DNA from: Pseudobdellovibrionaceae bacterium
GTDB lineage: Bacteria; Bdellovibrionota; Bdellovibrionia; Bdellovibrionales; Bdellovibrionaceae
DNA: 60,064 bases
Reading direction: 5' to 3'
Assembly (NCBI GenBank): GCA_039810425.1
Contig: JBDHWW010000021.1
Location: 1-60,064 of the forward strand
The notes beneath the pieces were generated by a model that was not told the origin of the DNA, did not search any database, and saw only the letters and a list, made by a program, of their open reading frames with translations. The number at the start of each line of letters is the position of its first letter. The first letter of the stretch is position 1. Shown here piece after piece: positions 17,690-26,839 of this stretch. Position numbers and translations under genes: made by a program.

Positions 17690-18535
17690 GTGAAAACGCA
17701 ACGACCAGATATTTTCTCATACCACGATCATCTGGCATTTTTGAAAGAGTGGGTGGCTTATCTCAAAGCCACCCAGTCGCGTTTTTCGTTGCGTGCGCTG
17801 GCCAAGGTCTCGGGTCTGGCGTCGGGTTATTTGCCGATGGTTTTAGGTGGCACGCGTCCTTTGTCCGCAGCTGCACTTGCGAAGATGATTCCACATTTAG
17901 GTCTGAGCGCCAATGAGCAGTCTTTCCTGGATTGTTTGCTGATCCTGGGAACATCGGAATCCCACGATGCTCGTATCATGGCGTTGGAGCGTATGAAAAA
18001 GTTCGGCCAGTTCCGTACGCATAACGAGCGGGAGACTGCTGCGTATCATTACCTGACACATTGGTACTACGTCGCGATCCGCGAAATGGCGGCGAGAACT
18101 GGTTTTAAAGACGATCCGGAGTGGGTGCAAGAGCAGTTGCGTTTTCAGGTTTCGCTCAAAGAGGTCAAAGAGGCCCTCGAGTTTTTATTCAAATACAAAT
18201 ACATTGAGAAAGGTAAAAACGGTAAGATCCTGGCTCCGACAGAGACCTTGAATTGCCAAGGTGGTATCTATCGCGTGGGGCTGTCGCACTTTCATCGGGA
18301 AATCATGCGGCTGGCCGGCGAAGCCATTGACAAAGTTCCGCGTGAGGAACGCAATATTATGGGACACACGTGTTCTTTGAGTGAAAAGAATTTTCTAAAA
18401 GCCCGTACCATTGCCGAAGAGGCGATTCAAAAAATTCAGGAGTTGACGGTGGCGGAGCAAGACGGAGAAGCGGTTTATCATATGGAAGTGGCTTTGTTTC
18501 CGCTTACACATAAGCAAAATGGGAGTAAGTCATGA
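17690..18535 (+). CDS. TIGR02147-family protein (N-terminal HTH + DUF4423)
   Basis: IFSYHDHLAFL, FSLRALAK.SGLASGYL.MVL.G.R, HWYYVAIREM, VPREERNI, VYHMEVALFPLT. Confidence 0.85.
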   Translation: MKTQRPDIFSYHDHLAFLKEWVAYLKATQSRFSLRALAKVSGLASGYLPMVLGGTRPLSAAALAKMIPHLGLSANEQSFLDCLLILGTSESHDARIMALERMKKFGQFRTHNERETAAYHYLTHWYYVAIREMAARTGFKDDPEWVQEQLRFQVSLKEVKEALEFLFKYKYIEKGKNGKILAPTETLNCQGGIYRVGLSHFHREIMRLAGEAIDKVPREERNIMGHTCSLSEKNFLKARTIAEEAIQKIQELTVAEQDGEAVYHMEVALFPLTHKQNGSKS

Positions 18536-19497
18536 GAGTCTTGATTTTCGCTGGTTTGTTGGTTTTGGTGGCATGTACCCAATCAGGGTCGGGTGGCACG
18601 ACGACGGGAAATCCACTGGTGGAAGACACGTCCGCATCGGGGGCGGTTGCGGGTGCAATCGGTGGCGCCTTGAGTGGTTCGGCGGCTGGTGGAGCTAGTG
18701 AAATGAAATTGACGGGTGCTGCGGATCTTTCTGCCATGGGTGGAGTCTGTCCAACGTTTGCCACAGCGGGAGCCGATTGTGCGGCCAGTGGTGGAACGAT
18801 GTGGTTGTCTTACAATTCCTGCAAATTTCCCGGTTCGACAGCAAGTTTCACGGGGGTGCAAGCTTTGGTGATGTCTTCGGGAGCCGCAGCTTGTGGCACT
18901 TTTCCCCATCCGGGAGTGAACTCCACGTTGAGGCGTCAGTACGTGACATCATCGGGTTCCACGACCCCTTCTTCGTTGGTTCGTCAGAGCGCGGCGGGCA
19001 CTTATCTCGCCATTGATAATCATACCGTGAATCTTTCGAATTTTGATTCAGCGGTGCTTGCGACGATTGTGAACGGTGGTTATGGCGTGTCCGTCAGCTT
19101 TAACAGTTTAGGTGCGCGTGATCAGATTACTTTTGGTCATCGCGTGAATGTGATGGGGGACTTTGATCAAACGGTGTATGGCACTTTGAATGTCTCAGAA
19201 GGCTCTTCGAACTCGGCGTCGCGTTCGGTTTCGGGTTCCGTGACGGTCTATCATAATGGTTTACAAGTGATCGGTACTTCCACGGTGAGCAGTCTTGTTC
19301 ACAACAATACATGCTGTTTGCCAGTGTCGGGCACGATCACCACCGTTTTTTCTGGGGGGGCGAATGTCAGCCCAACGGCTTTGGGAAGCTTGTATGTCGG
19401 TAAATCCGAGAGCCTTGCGTTCACAGGTTGTGGCACTGGACTGCTGACGAAATACGACGGGAGTGTTGTGCGCGTGTCCTTGAATCGTTGCTTCTAG
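18532..19497 (+). CDS. Ser/Gly/Thr/Cys-rich lipoprotein (paralog 2)
   Basis: Lipobox LVAC followed by [12 protein letters not shown] overlap with the TIGR02147 gene. Confidence 0.85.
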   Translation: MRVLIFAGLLVLVACTQSGSGGTTTGNPLVEDTSASGAVAGAIGGALSGSAAGGASEMKLTGAADLSAMGGVCPTFATAGADCAASGGTMWLSYNSCKFPGSTASFTGVQALVMSSGAAACGTFPHPGVNSTLRRQYVTSSGSTTPSSLVRQSAAGTYLAIDNHTVNLSNFDSAVLATIVNGGYGVSVSFNSLGARDQITFGHRVNVMGDFDQTVYGTLNVSEGSSNSASRSVSGSVTVYHNGLQVIGTSTVSSLVHNNTCCLPVSGTITTVFSGGANVSPTALGSLYVGKSESLAFTGCGTGLLTKYDGSVVRVSLNRCF

Positions 19498-20741
19498 TGT
19501 TTGACTTTCTGGATCAACTCGTCGACGGAGAGGTTTTCCTGCAAACCTGATTTCAGATTTTTGACGGCAATGTGGCGGGCGTTGATTTCATTTTCGCCCA
19601 TCACAAGCGCATGGGTTGCGCCCATTTTGTCAGCTTTTTGGAAGCGCTTACCCATTTTGCCGGAAATAATCATTTCGCATCTCAAACCGTGTGAACGAAG
19701 TTTGTGCGCCACTTTCAAAGCTTCGCCCTCGCCGGCTTCATCTGCAGGAATGATCGCGAGCAACGGTTCGTGCTTCTGATATTTCTCGGCAGGAACCAGT
19801 TCGGCAAGGCGGTCCATACCCGCAGCCCAACCAACACCTGGAGTTTTTGGGCCTCCCATCATTTCAATCAGCGGATCGTAACGACCCCCCGCAAGCACGG
19901 TGCCCTGGGCGCCGAGCTCCTCGGTGACGAACTCAAAAACGGAATGGCAATAGTAATCCAGTCCGCGCACTAATTTTTGATTAATTTCATAGGGAATACC
20001 CAGGGCGCGAATCGCTTTGAGTAAGGCTTCAAAGAATTTCTTCGATGCATCATTCAGGTGATCATGCAAGGACGGGGCGTTTGCAATAATCGCGCGGTCG
20101 CCTTCGTCTTTGGAGTCGAGAATGCGCAGGGGGTTTTTCTCGAGGCGGACTTTGCTGTCGGCAGAAAGCTTTTCTTTGTGCTGATTGAGGTAGGCAACGA
20201 GGATGTCGCGGTAATTGGCGCGGCTTTCAGCATCGCCAAGAGTGTTGATCTCGAGATGACATTTGCCTGCGATGCCGATTTGATTTAGCAGATCCCACGC
20301 CATGCCGATGCACTCAGCATCCGCCAGCGGCGAGTCGACGCCAAGATATTCGACGCCGACTTGTTTGAACTGGCGATAACGGCCTTTTTGTGGACGCTCG
20401 TAGCGAAACATGGGGCCAGAGTAATAGAATTTTAAAGGCAGGTTTTGCGCCATACCTTCAGAAATAAAAGCACGTGCAATACCGGCAGTGCCTTCGGGGC
20501 GCAAGGTAATGCTTTCGCCGCCGCGGTCTGCGAAGGTGTAGGTTTCTTTGCTGACCACATCCGATGTTTCGCCGAGTACGCGATGAAAAACTTCAGAAAA
20601 CTCAAAGACCGGCGTTTCAATTTCGCCGTAGCCGTACAGCATAGAAAGCCTATGGGCCGTGGATTCGACAAAACGGAATTTAACATTATCTTCTGGCAAC
20701 AAATCGCGAGTCCCGCGGACTCTCTGGAATTTCGTACTCAT
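19494..20741 (-). CDS. hisS: Histidine--tRNA ligase
   Basis: [39 protein letters not shown]. Confidence 0.98.
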   Translation of the reverse strand: MSTKFQRVRGTRDLLPEDNVKFRFVESTAHRLSMLYGYGEIETPVFEFSEVFHRVLGETSDVVSKETYTFADRGGESITLRPEGTAGIARAFISEGMAQNLPLKFYYSGPMFRYERPQKGRYRQFKQVGVEYLGVDSPLADAECIGMAWDLLNQIGIAGKCHLEINTLGDAESRANYRDILVAYLNQHKEKLSADSKVRLEKNPLRILDSKDEGDRAIIANAPSLHDHLNDASKKFFEALLKAIRALGIPYEINQKLVRGLDYYCHSVFEFVTEELGAQGTVLAGGRYDPLIEMMGGPKTPGVGWAAGMDRLAELVPAEKYQKHEPLLAIIPADEAGEGEALKVAHKLRSHGLRCEMIISGKMGKRFQKADKMGATHALVMGENEINARHIAVKNLKSGLQENLSVDELIQKVKH

Positions 20742-20763
20742 CCCCCAAACCTACCATAGAACT

Positions 20764-20867
20764 CCGAAAAGGTACCAGGTCGCTTTTCGGGGATGCGCCG
20801 CTCCGACATTCCGTGGTTGCTGGACTTATTCATCATGATCCGGAAAAGCGACCTGGTACCTTTTCGG
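20764..20867. repeat. Perfect 25-bp inverted repeat pair (REP doublet / REPIN-like)
   Basis: CCGAAAAGGTACCAGGTCGCTTTTC (20764-20788) and its exact reverse complement (20843-20867), 54-nt spacer. Confidence 0.9.
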
Positions 20868-20917
20868 TAGTTGCAAATGAGTTGCGTTTTGGTGGGGGCG
20901 GGAGGATAGTTAAGGGT

Positions 20918-21367
20918 ATGAAAAAGTGGATGATTGCGTGCGGACTTCTCGTGCTTTCTGTGGTTCTTGGAGCTTTGGCTTTCCATCGTTTTGGTGGCGG
21001 CGCCAAAGGCGGCGGAGTCGAAATTGATTGGCGCTTGCTCGGAACCATGGATTACGTCAGCGGCAAAGCGGGTTCAGAGCTTGAGGCGTTGAATGGCCGC
21101 GAAATCAAAATTCCGGGTTTCATGGTGCCGCTCGAAGACAGCCAAAAGGCCGTGACGGAGTTCTTGTTGGTGCCGAGTCCGCAGGCCTGTATTCACGTTC
21201 CGGCGCCCCCACCGAATCAGATGGTCTATGTCAAAATGCGTGCAGGAACCGAAGTGGCATTTGGCCCGATCTGGGTCCATGGCACATTGGGCCTGGTCAC
21301 GAAAAAATCCATGTACGGTGAAGCCTCTTTCGAACTCATCGGGGATAGCATTGAACCCTATAGGTAA
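20918..21367 (+). CDS. DUF3299 protein (ZrgD-like)
   Basis: IKIPGFMVPLE, EFLLVP, ACIHVPAPPPNQMVYV. Confidence 0.88.
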   Translation: MKKWMIACGLLVLSVVLGALAFHRFGGGAKGGGVEIDWRLLGTMDYVSGKAGSELEALNGREIKIPGFMVPLEDSQKAVTEFLLVPSPQACIHVPAPPPNQMVYVKMRAGTEVAFGPIWVHGTLGLVTKKSMYGEASFELIGDSIEPYR

Positions 21368-21373
21368 TTCAGC

Positions 21374-22066
21374 ATGTCCAAACTCATCGAAGTCAGAAAT
21401 CTCCAGTTCCGCTATACGAACGCGACTCATGATACTTTGCAAATTCCTGAGTTCAGTGTCGCAAAAGGCGAACGCGTTTATCTCTATGGTCCGAGCGGCT
21501 CAGGGAAAACCACTCTTCTAGAAATTCTGGCCGGAATTTTGAAGGCCGAGCATGGCGAGGTCCGCATTCTCGGTCGCGATTTGACCAAGCTCTTTGAAAA
21601 AGAGCGCGATGATTTCCGCGCTGAGCATCTCGGTTATATTTTTCAGAGCTTCAATCTGATTCCTTATTTAAGTGTCCAAGAAAACATTGAGCTGCCAATC
21701 CACCTCTGCACGGCTCGCAAGGAGCGTCTTCAAGGTGAAGACCCGGCGTCAGTGCTTCGTCATTTATGCACACGCTTAGGGATTATTACTTTGCTGGGAA
21801 AAAAAGTGACCGAACTCAGTGTCGGTCAGCAACAGCGGGTTGCTGTGGCTCGCGCGCTGTTGGGCCGCCCGGAGTTTATTCTGGCAGATGAACCAACATC
21901 GTCACTCGACATGGATCACCGAGAGAAATTCCTCGAGCTGATGTTTGAACTTTGTGAGCAAAACGGCACGACCGTCTTGTTTGTCAGCCATGATCGCAGT
22001 ATTCAGCATTTGTTTTCGCGCTCCGTGGCTTTAGATTCCATAAATCGCACGGAGAAGGGGAGGTAG
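21374..22066 (+). CDS. ABC transporter ATP-binding protein (LolD/ZrgB-like)
   Basis: GPSGSGKTT, LSVGQQQRVA, ILADEPTSSLD, VSHD. Confidence 0.93.
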   Translation: MSKLIEVRNLQFRYTNATHDTLQIPEFSVAKGERVYLYGPSGSGKTTLLEILAGILKAEHGEVRILGRDLTKLFEKERDDFRAEHLGYIFQSFNLIPYLSVQENIELPIHLCTARKERLQGEDPASVLRHLCTRLGIITLLGKKVTELSVGQQQRVAVARALLGRPEFILADEPTSSLDMDHREKFLELMFELCEQNGTTVLFVSHDRSIQHLFSRSVALDSINRTEKGR

Positions 22067-22069
22067 GAC

Positions 22070-23335
22070 ATGGTCTTTTTAAACCTTGCTTTAAAATCCC
22101 TGAAGAACCGTTTGCTGCCTTCAGTTCTGACCGTGATTTCGATTGCGCTCAGTGTGATTTTGCTTTTATCCGTTGAGCGGGCCAAGCGCGCGGCGGAAGA
22201 TGGGTTTACGCAAACGATCAGCCAGACGGATTTGATCGTGGGAGCGCGCAGTGGTCCGATGCAGTTGATCCTTTACACAGTCTTCAATATTGGAAATGCC
22301 ACTCACAATATTTCCTATCAGGCGTATCAGGATATCAAAAAAAATCCAGCCATTGAGTGGACGATTCCGTACTCCTTGGGTGATGGGCATCGCGGTTTCC
22401 GTGTGGTGGGTACAACCAATGATTTCTTTGAGCACTACCGGTTCCGCGGTGACGGTAAAATGGAATTGCAAGAGGGAAAAAATCTCGACGGCCTTTGGGA
22501 TGTTGTCATCGGTGCCGATGTTGCCCGAAAGCTGGGCTACAAGCTTGGCCAGGAAATCGCCGTCGCCCACGGTGTGACTCATGGAGAAGGTATTCAAAAG
22601 CATGACGACAAGCCGTTTGCGGTGGTCGGTATTTTGAAGTCGACCGGCACGGCCCTTGACCAGTCATTGTACGTGGGCATCGAGGCGGTTGAGGCAATGC
22701 ACCTCGACTGGAAAGATGGCGCAGCTCCAACGCCTGAAACAGCCATCAGTGCTGATAAAATTAAAAAAGAAGACATCAAGATTGATCAGATCACGGCATT
22801 CTTTCTTAGGGCCAAATCGCGTATCGATACGTTGCGATTGCAGCGTGAGATCAATAACTACAGAGAAGAGCCCTTGTTGGCCATTATTCCCGGTGTCACT
22901 CTGAGTGAGCTTTGGCACAGCCTTTCATACGTGGAGCGAATGCTGAAGGTGATCTCCTGGTTGGTGGTGGCTGTGGGCTTGATGGCGATGCTGATTGCGC
23001 TCACGACAAGCTTGAACGAACGCCGCCGTGAGATGGCGATTCTTCGCGCAGTGGGTGCAAGCACGAGCAAAATCTTCGCACTTCTTGTGTTTGAATCAAC
23101 ACTCCTGACACTCGCGGGAATCGCACTTGGCTTTGCGGCCGTGATGGCCGGGACGGCCATCTTGCGCCCCTGGCTGGAGATGGAATTCGGTTTCTACCTC
23201 GAGGGTGGTGCCCTTGGCCCCACGGAAATAGCTTACTTGCTGGCCACTTTGGTTGGTGGGATTGGTATCGGCTTGATCCCGGCATATCGCGCTCAAAAGA
23301 TGGCTCTCAAAGACGGTCTTAGTGTCAAAACCTAG
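22070..23335 (+). CDS. ABC permease, MacB/FtsX type (ZrgC-like)
   Basis: TDLIVGARSG, SLGDGHRGFRVVGT, ERRREMAILRAVGA. Confidence 0.9.
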   Translation: MVFLNLALKSLKNRLLPSVLTVISIALSVILLLSVERAKRAAEDGFTQTISQTDLIVGARSGPMQLILYTVFNIGNATHNISYQAYQDIKKNPAIEWTIPYSLGDGHRGFRVVGTTNDFFEHYRFRGDGKMELQEGKNLDGLWDVVIGADVARKLGYKLGQEIAVAHGVTHGEGIQKHDDKPFAVVGILKSTGTALDQSLYVGIEAVEAMHLDWKDGAAPTPETAISADKIKKEDIKIDQITAFFLRAKSRIDTLRLQREINNYREEPLLAIIPGVTLSELWHSLSYVERMLKVISWLVVAVGLMAMLIALTTSLNERRREMAILRAVGASTSKIFALLVFESTLLTLAGIALGFAAVMAGTAILRPWLEMEFGFYLEGGALGPTEIAYLLATLVGGIGIGLIPAYRAQKMALKDGLSVKT

Positions 23336-23368
23336 AAGATTGACCCCTCATAGGCTTCAAGAGAGTCT

Positions 23369-25204
23369 TTAAGCAGCGTCTTTGACTTTTACTTTGTCAG
23401 CGCCTTCCGCTTCGTAGTCAGAGTAAGGTGTCTTGACGACATGCTGTTCGCCGTTTTCGACGTAGCCGCGGATCTTGTACATTTTCAAAGCATCCGAACG
23501 GCCCTTCACTTCGGCAGAGCCCGCGTAGTCAACGATGAACTCCTCGCCCACACGCGAGATGACGTCGTCGGTCACCAGCAAGTCAGCGCCGAAGGCCTTG
23601 GTCGATGCTTCGATACGGGAAGCGGTATTCACCGTGTTCCCGATGACTGTGTACTCCATACGCTCGTCAGAACCGATCGTGCCCGAGATAGCCGTCCCCG
23701 CATGCAGGCCCATGCCGATCATCAACGCCGGTTCCCCGCGCGCGATGCGCGTTTCATTCAACTTTTCAAGGCCACGGCGCATTTCAATGCATGCGCGCAA
23801 CGCATTGTGCGGATCGCGGTCGGAGCCTTTCGGCGCGCCCCAGATCGCCATGATCGCATCGCCGATAAATTTATCGACAACGCCACCGTGCTTGTTAATG
23901 ATACCCACCATCACGGCAAAGTATTCATTGAGCATCGCAACGACTTCTTCCGGCTTACGTTTCTCTGAGAACGCCGTGAATCCACGGATATCCGAAAAGA
24001 AGACCACGACTTCCTTAGACTGGCCGCCGACGCCGATATCCTTGTTGATCAAGTCTTCCGCGACAGAAGAACCGTGGAACTTACTGAAGAGGCTCTTCAC
24101 TTTATCGCGCTCTTTCAAGCCGTCCGTCATATGGTCAAAGGCCTTGGCCAAATCTCCCACCTCGTCGTGGGACTTTACGTGCGCGGTGGCTTTCACATCG
24201 AAATTACCTTTAGAAACGATCTCGATAAGTCCTGCAAGTTTTTCGATCGGAGAAGTCAGGGTCATGGAGAACACGAAGATAAAGAACAAGGCCAATGACA
24301 ACACAATCCCCGTAATCAGAAAGGCTTGGCGTTTTGCATCTTGCGCGGGTTCCAATACGAGTTCCTGGGGGATCTGTGAAATAACTGTGACACCGAAAGA
24401 AGTTTTATTGTACGCGCCGATGAACTCAGTACCTGTATCCGGATCCACGAACCGCATCTGGCGGCGGGGAGTTTGCTCTTTCAGCGCTTTTTGCACGATC
24501 GGGGAGGCGGCCATGCTCAAGCGTGCCATCGCTTTTTGCTCGTCTTGGTGAGCAATCAATTCGCCGTCACGGTCCACGAGGTAGAACGTTCTTTCAGACC
24601 GCTCACCGAAGGGTTTTTGCAATACAGACAGATCCACGTCCACCAAAGCCACGTGCGTGATGCGGCCTTGCGGGTCTTTCACCAAGGGCAGGCCAATCGT
24701 GACCATGGCAGGGCCTTTACCGAATGAGCCATTGCGGATCTCGACAGATCCTCTGGCCACGGACCGGATCGGGAATTTTTGTTGGTCACGCACCCGTGTG
24801 ATGTATTCGGGGCCGAGGTTAAAAGTTTTCAAAAAGTCGTCCTTCGCACGGCGAGAAACAAGTTCGAGCGTCGGGCCTTGAAGCTTTAGAATCTCAACAG
24901 AAATGAAACGTTTGTCTTTGGTGAAGTTCAATTCAAACTCATCGGTCGAGGTCGCCGCAGGATTTGTCACGCTTTTATAGAGGATCGAAGCGGAGATTTT
25001 GGATTTATCAACCAGCGAAGAAAGAATATTTTCGATTTCAGTCGCCCGGGATGCGGCGAACGCCTGATTGGCATATTCCTCACGTTGCATCGAGCTATTC
25101 GCAAAAATCTTAGAAGTTTGCAGAGCGATAGGAACGGTCGCCACTAATAGTAAAGCTACTGTAACCCCAACCAGTTTTGTTGAAATAGGTATCTTCATAT
25201 GCAT
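23369..25204 (-). CDS. Membrane class III adenylate cyclase (TM-Cache-like-TM-HAMP-CYCc)
   Basis: HAMP DEVGDLAKAFDHM; FSDIRGFT, DKFIGDA, EYTVIGNTVNTASR. Lys+Thr specificity pair indicates ATP substrate. Confidence 0.93.
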   Translation of the reverse strand: MHMKIPISTKLVGVTVALLLVATVPIALQTSKIFANSSMQREEYANQAFAASRATEIENILSSLVDKSKISASILYKSVTNPAATSTDEFELNFTKDKRFISVEILKLQGPTLELVSRRAKDDFLKTFNLGPEYITRVRDQQKFPIRSVARGSVEIRNGSFGKGPAMVTIGLPLVKDPQGRITHVALVDVDLSVLQKPFGERSERTFYLVDRDGELIAHQDEQKAMARLSMAASPIVQKALKEQTPRRQMRFVDPDTGTEFIGAYNKTSFGVTVISQIPQELVLEPAQDAKRQAFLITGIVLSLALFFIFVFSMTLTSPIEKLAGLIEIVSKGNFDVKATAHVKSHDEVGDLAKAFDHMTDGLKERDKVKSLFSKFHGSSVAEDLINKDIGVGGQSKEVVVFFSDIRGFTAFSEKRKPEEVVAMLNEYFAVMVGIINKHGGVVDKFIGDAIMAIWGAPKGSDRDPHNALRACIEMRRGLEKLNETRIARGEPALMIGMGLHAGTAISGTIGSDERMEYTVIGNTVNTASRIEASTKAFGADLLVTDDVISRVGEEFIVDYAGSAEVKGRSDALKMYKIRGYVENGEQHVVKTPYSDYEAEGADKVKVKDAA

Positions 25205-25210
25205 TCTCTC

Positions 25211-26839
25211 CTAAAATCCGTATTCCGCAAAGAAACTTAAATACTGTCCCGTAATCTGCGCCGTATTGAAATCACCCGGTGCTTCCGTTGCTGAGCCGGT
25301 TTTATTTGCTTTGTAAGCCACTTGATCCATTTTCTGAGTCAAACCCATCAGACCTGTAAAGCGGTTGTTGAAGCGGTAACTTCCCATCAAACCCAGCTGA
25401 TACGATATACGTGGGTCGGCGGAGTTGCCGTTCGGAGTCTTCATGGTAAATAAGTTGTAATAAACATGTGCATTCACCTGAAAGCCAAGTTTCGGGGATA
25501 GTGAATGCCAGTATTCGCCACCGATATGAGGTCCTGCGACTGCGGTTTGTGAAAACTCAACAGTGCCGCTCGTACCCACAGCCGGAGTTCCGATGAGCTG
25601 CGGGACTTCTTTGTAGTAAAGGCCGGCCAGCACGCGCGCTTCGCCGAGATCGCCGACAACATAGCGGCGAATGCCGTTTATCTCAAATGACGAGTAGGTA
25701 TGGTTTGAACCGTACATAATGAAGCCGCTCATATCAAGAATACCGACAAAGCCCCAAATACTATCCGGGCTGAAGTAACCGGCACCCACGCGGCCCGTAC
25801 CGCCGAGCGCACTGTTCGTCGTCTTCGCGTTGTTCTCGAGAGTTTCACCATGGTAGTTAATTTTTGTCACAAGGTAGCTGGCAGTCCCATACCAACCGGT
25901 GAGGCGGTCGATGGATTTTCTGACGAGCGCAGTATACTCCGCAGCCGGTGAGCGGTTGCCGTTGATCACTTTAAAGTTGATCTTCGCACTATCCGAGGAG
26001 GTGCGCATGTTTCCCTTAGCTTTGACTTCGAGACGGTAAGTGCCACCTGGGTGCTGCTCATCGAAATTAAAAGTTTCGTCTTTGACTTCTTCCTGAACCA
26101 AGACCTTTTCCCAGCGTTTTGTCGCGGAGTTGAGACGGCTCAAGGTTAGATCGTATTTTTCGACGTTGGCCGGTCGTGACCATTTAATTTCACGGACGAA
26201 TTCCGATTCCGGCGTGGTGATTTTTGGCGCGGCGATCTTCTTACCGATCACGGCAAATTCGCTGACAGTGACAGAATCACTTTGCATTTCGTTTTGACCG
26301 AAGCCGGTGATCTTCCAAATATAGTTTTTCGCAACCGGAACTTTGGCGGTAAATTGCGTGTCTTGCACGGTCTCGAGGATTTGTGTTTTTCCGTCATCGG
26401 AACTTAGTTCAAAACGGTACTCATGGGCGCCATTGACCGGCTCCCACTCGAATTTCTGAGAGACTTCTTCATTGTCGTGGCTTTGAATCTCCGCTTTTGC
26501 GAGGGGAAACTTGATCTTTACCGGGTCTAAGTTCACGTTAAACTCTGCCGGCGGACTCCAGTCACCCGGAACGCCACGGAAGTCACGGGCACGCAATGAC
26601 ATTGTATATTTACCCGGCATGAGTTTTCCGGACCAGATCGCTTCTTTGGTTTTGAAGCTCATTGCTTTTCCGAGGGAACCGTCTTTGGCCACGGCTCGGA
26701 TCTCAACGTCATAACTTTTCGCGTCGGTCACTTCCTCAAACTCAAAGCTGACATCGCGGCGATAGGTCTCCGCCAGCGCGCTATTTGCGGCCGCCAACAG
26801 GGTGAGTGTGATAAAGATTCCGAACACGAAACGCATCAA
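25211..26839 (-). CDS. Exported protein with Fn3/Ig-like repeats and a C-terminal outer-membrane beta-barrel
   Basis: Signal SALA; about three F/W-x-x-V-x-x-A-x-x-Y ...G.Y Fn3-like repeats; beta region ending FFAEYGF. Confidence 0.75.
   Translation of the reverse strand: MMRFVFGIFITLTLLAAANSALAETYRRDVSFEFEEVTDAKSYDVEIRAVAKDGSLGKAMSFKTKEAIWSGKLMPGKYTMSLRARDFRGVPGDWSPPAEFNVNLDPVKIKFPLAKAEIQSHDNEEVSQKFEWEPVNGAHEYRFELSSDDGKTQILETVQDTQFTAKVPVAKNYIWKITGFGQNEMQSDSVTVSEFAVIGKKIAAPKITTPESEFVREIKWSRPANVEKYDLTLSRLNSATKRWEKVLVQEEVKDETFNFDEQHPGGTYRLEVKAKGNMRTSSDSAKINFKVINGNRSPAAEYTALVRKSIDRLTGWYGTASYLVTKINYHGETLENNAKTTNSALGGTGRVGAGYFSPDSIWGFVGILDMSGFIMYGSNHTYSSFEINGIRRYVVGDLGEARVLAGLYYKEVPQLIGTPAVGTSGTVEFSQTAVAGPHIGGEYWHSLSPKLGFQVNAHVYYNLFTMKTPNGNSADPRISYQLGLMGSYRFNNRFTGLMGLTQKMDQVAYKANKTGSATEAPGDFNTAQITGQYLSFFAEYGF

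Noticed and set aside
23535..24551. 338-aa plus-strand ORF
   Set aside because: Antisense shadow of the adenylate cyclase; no motifs or RBS.
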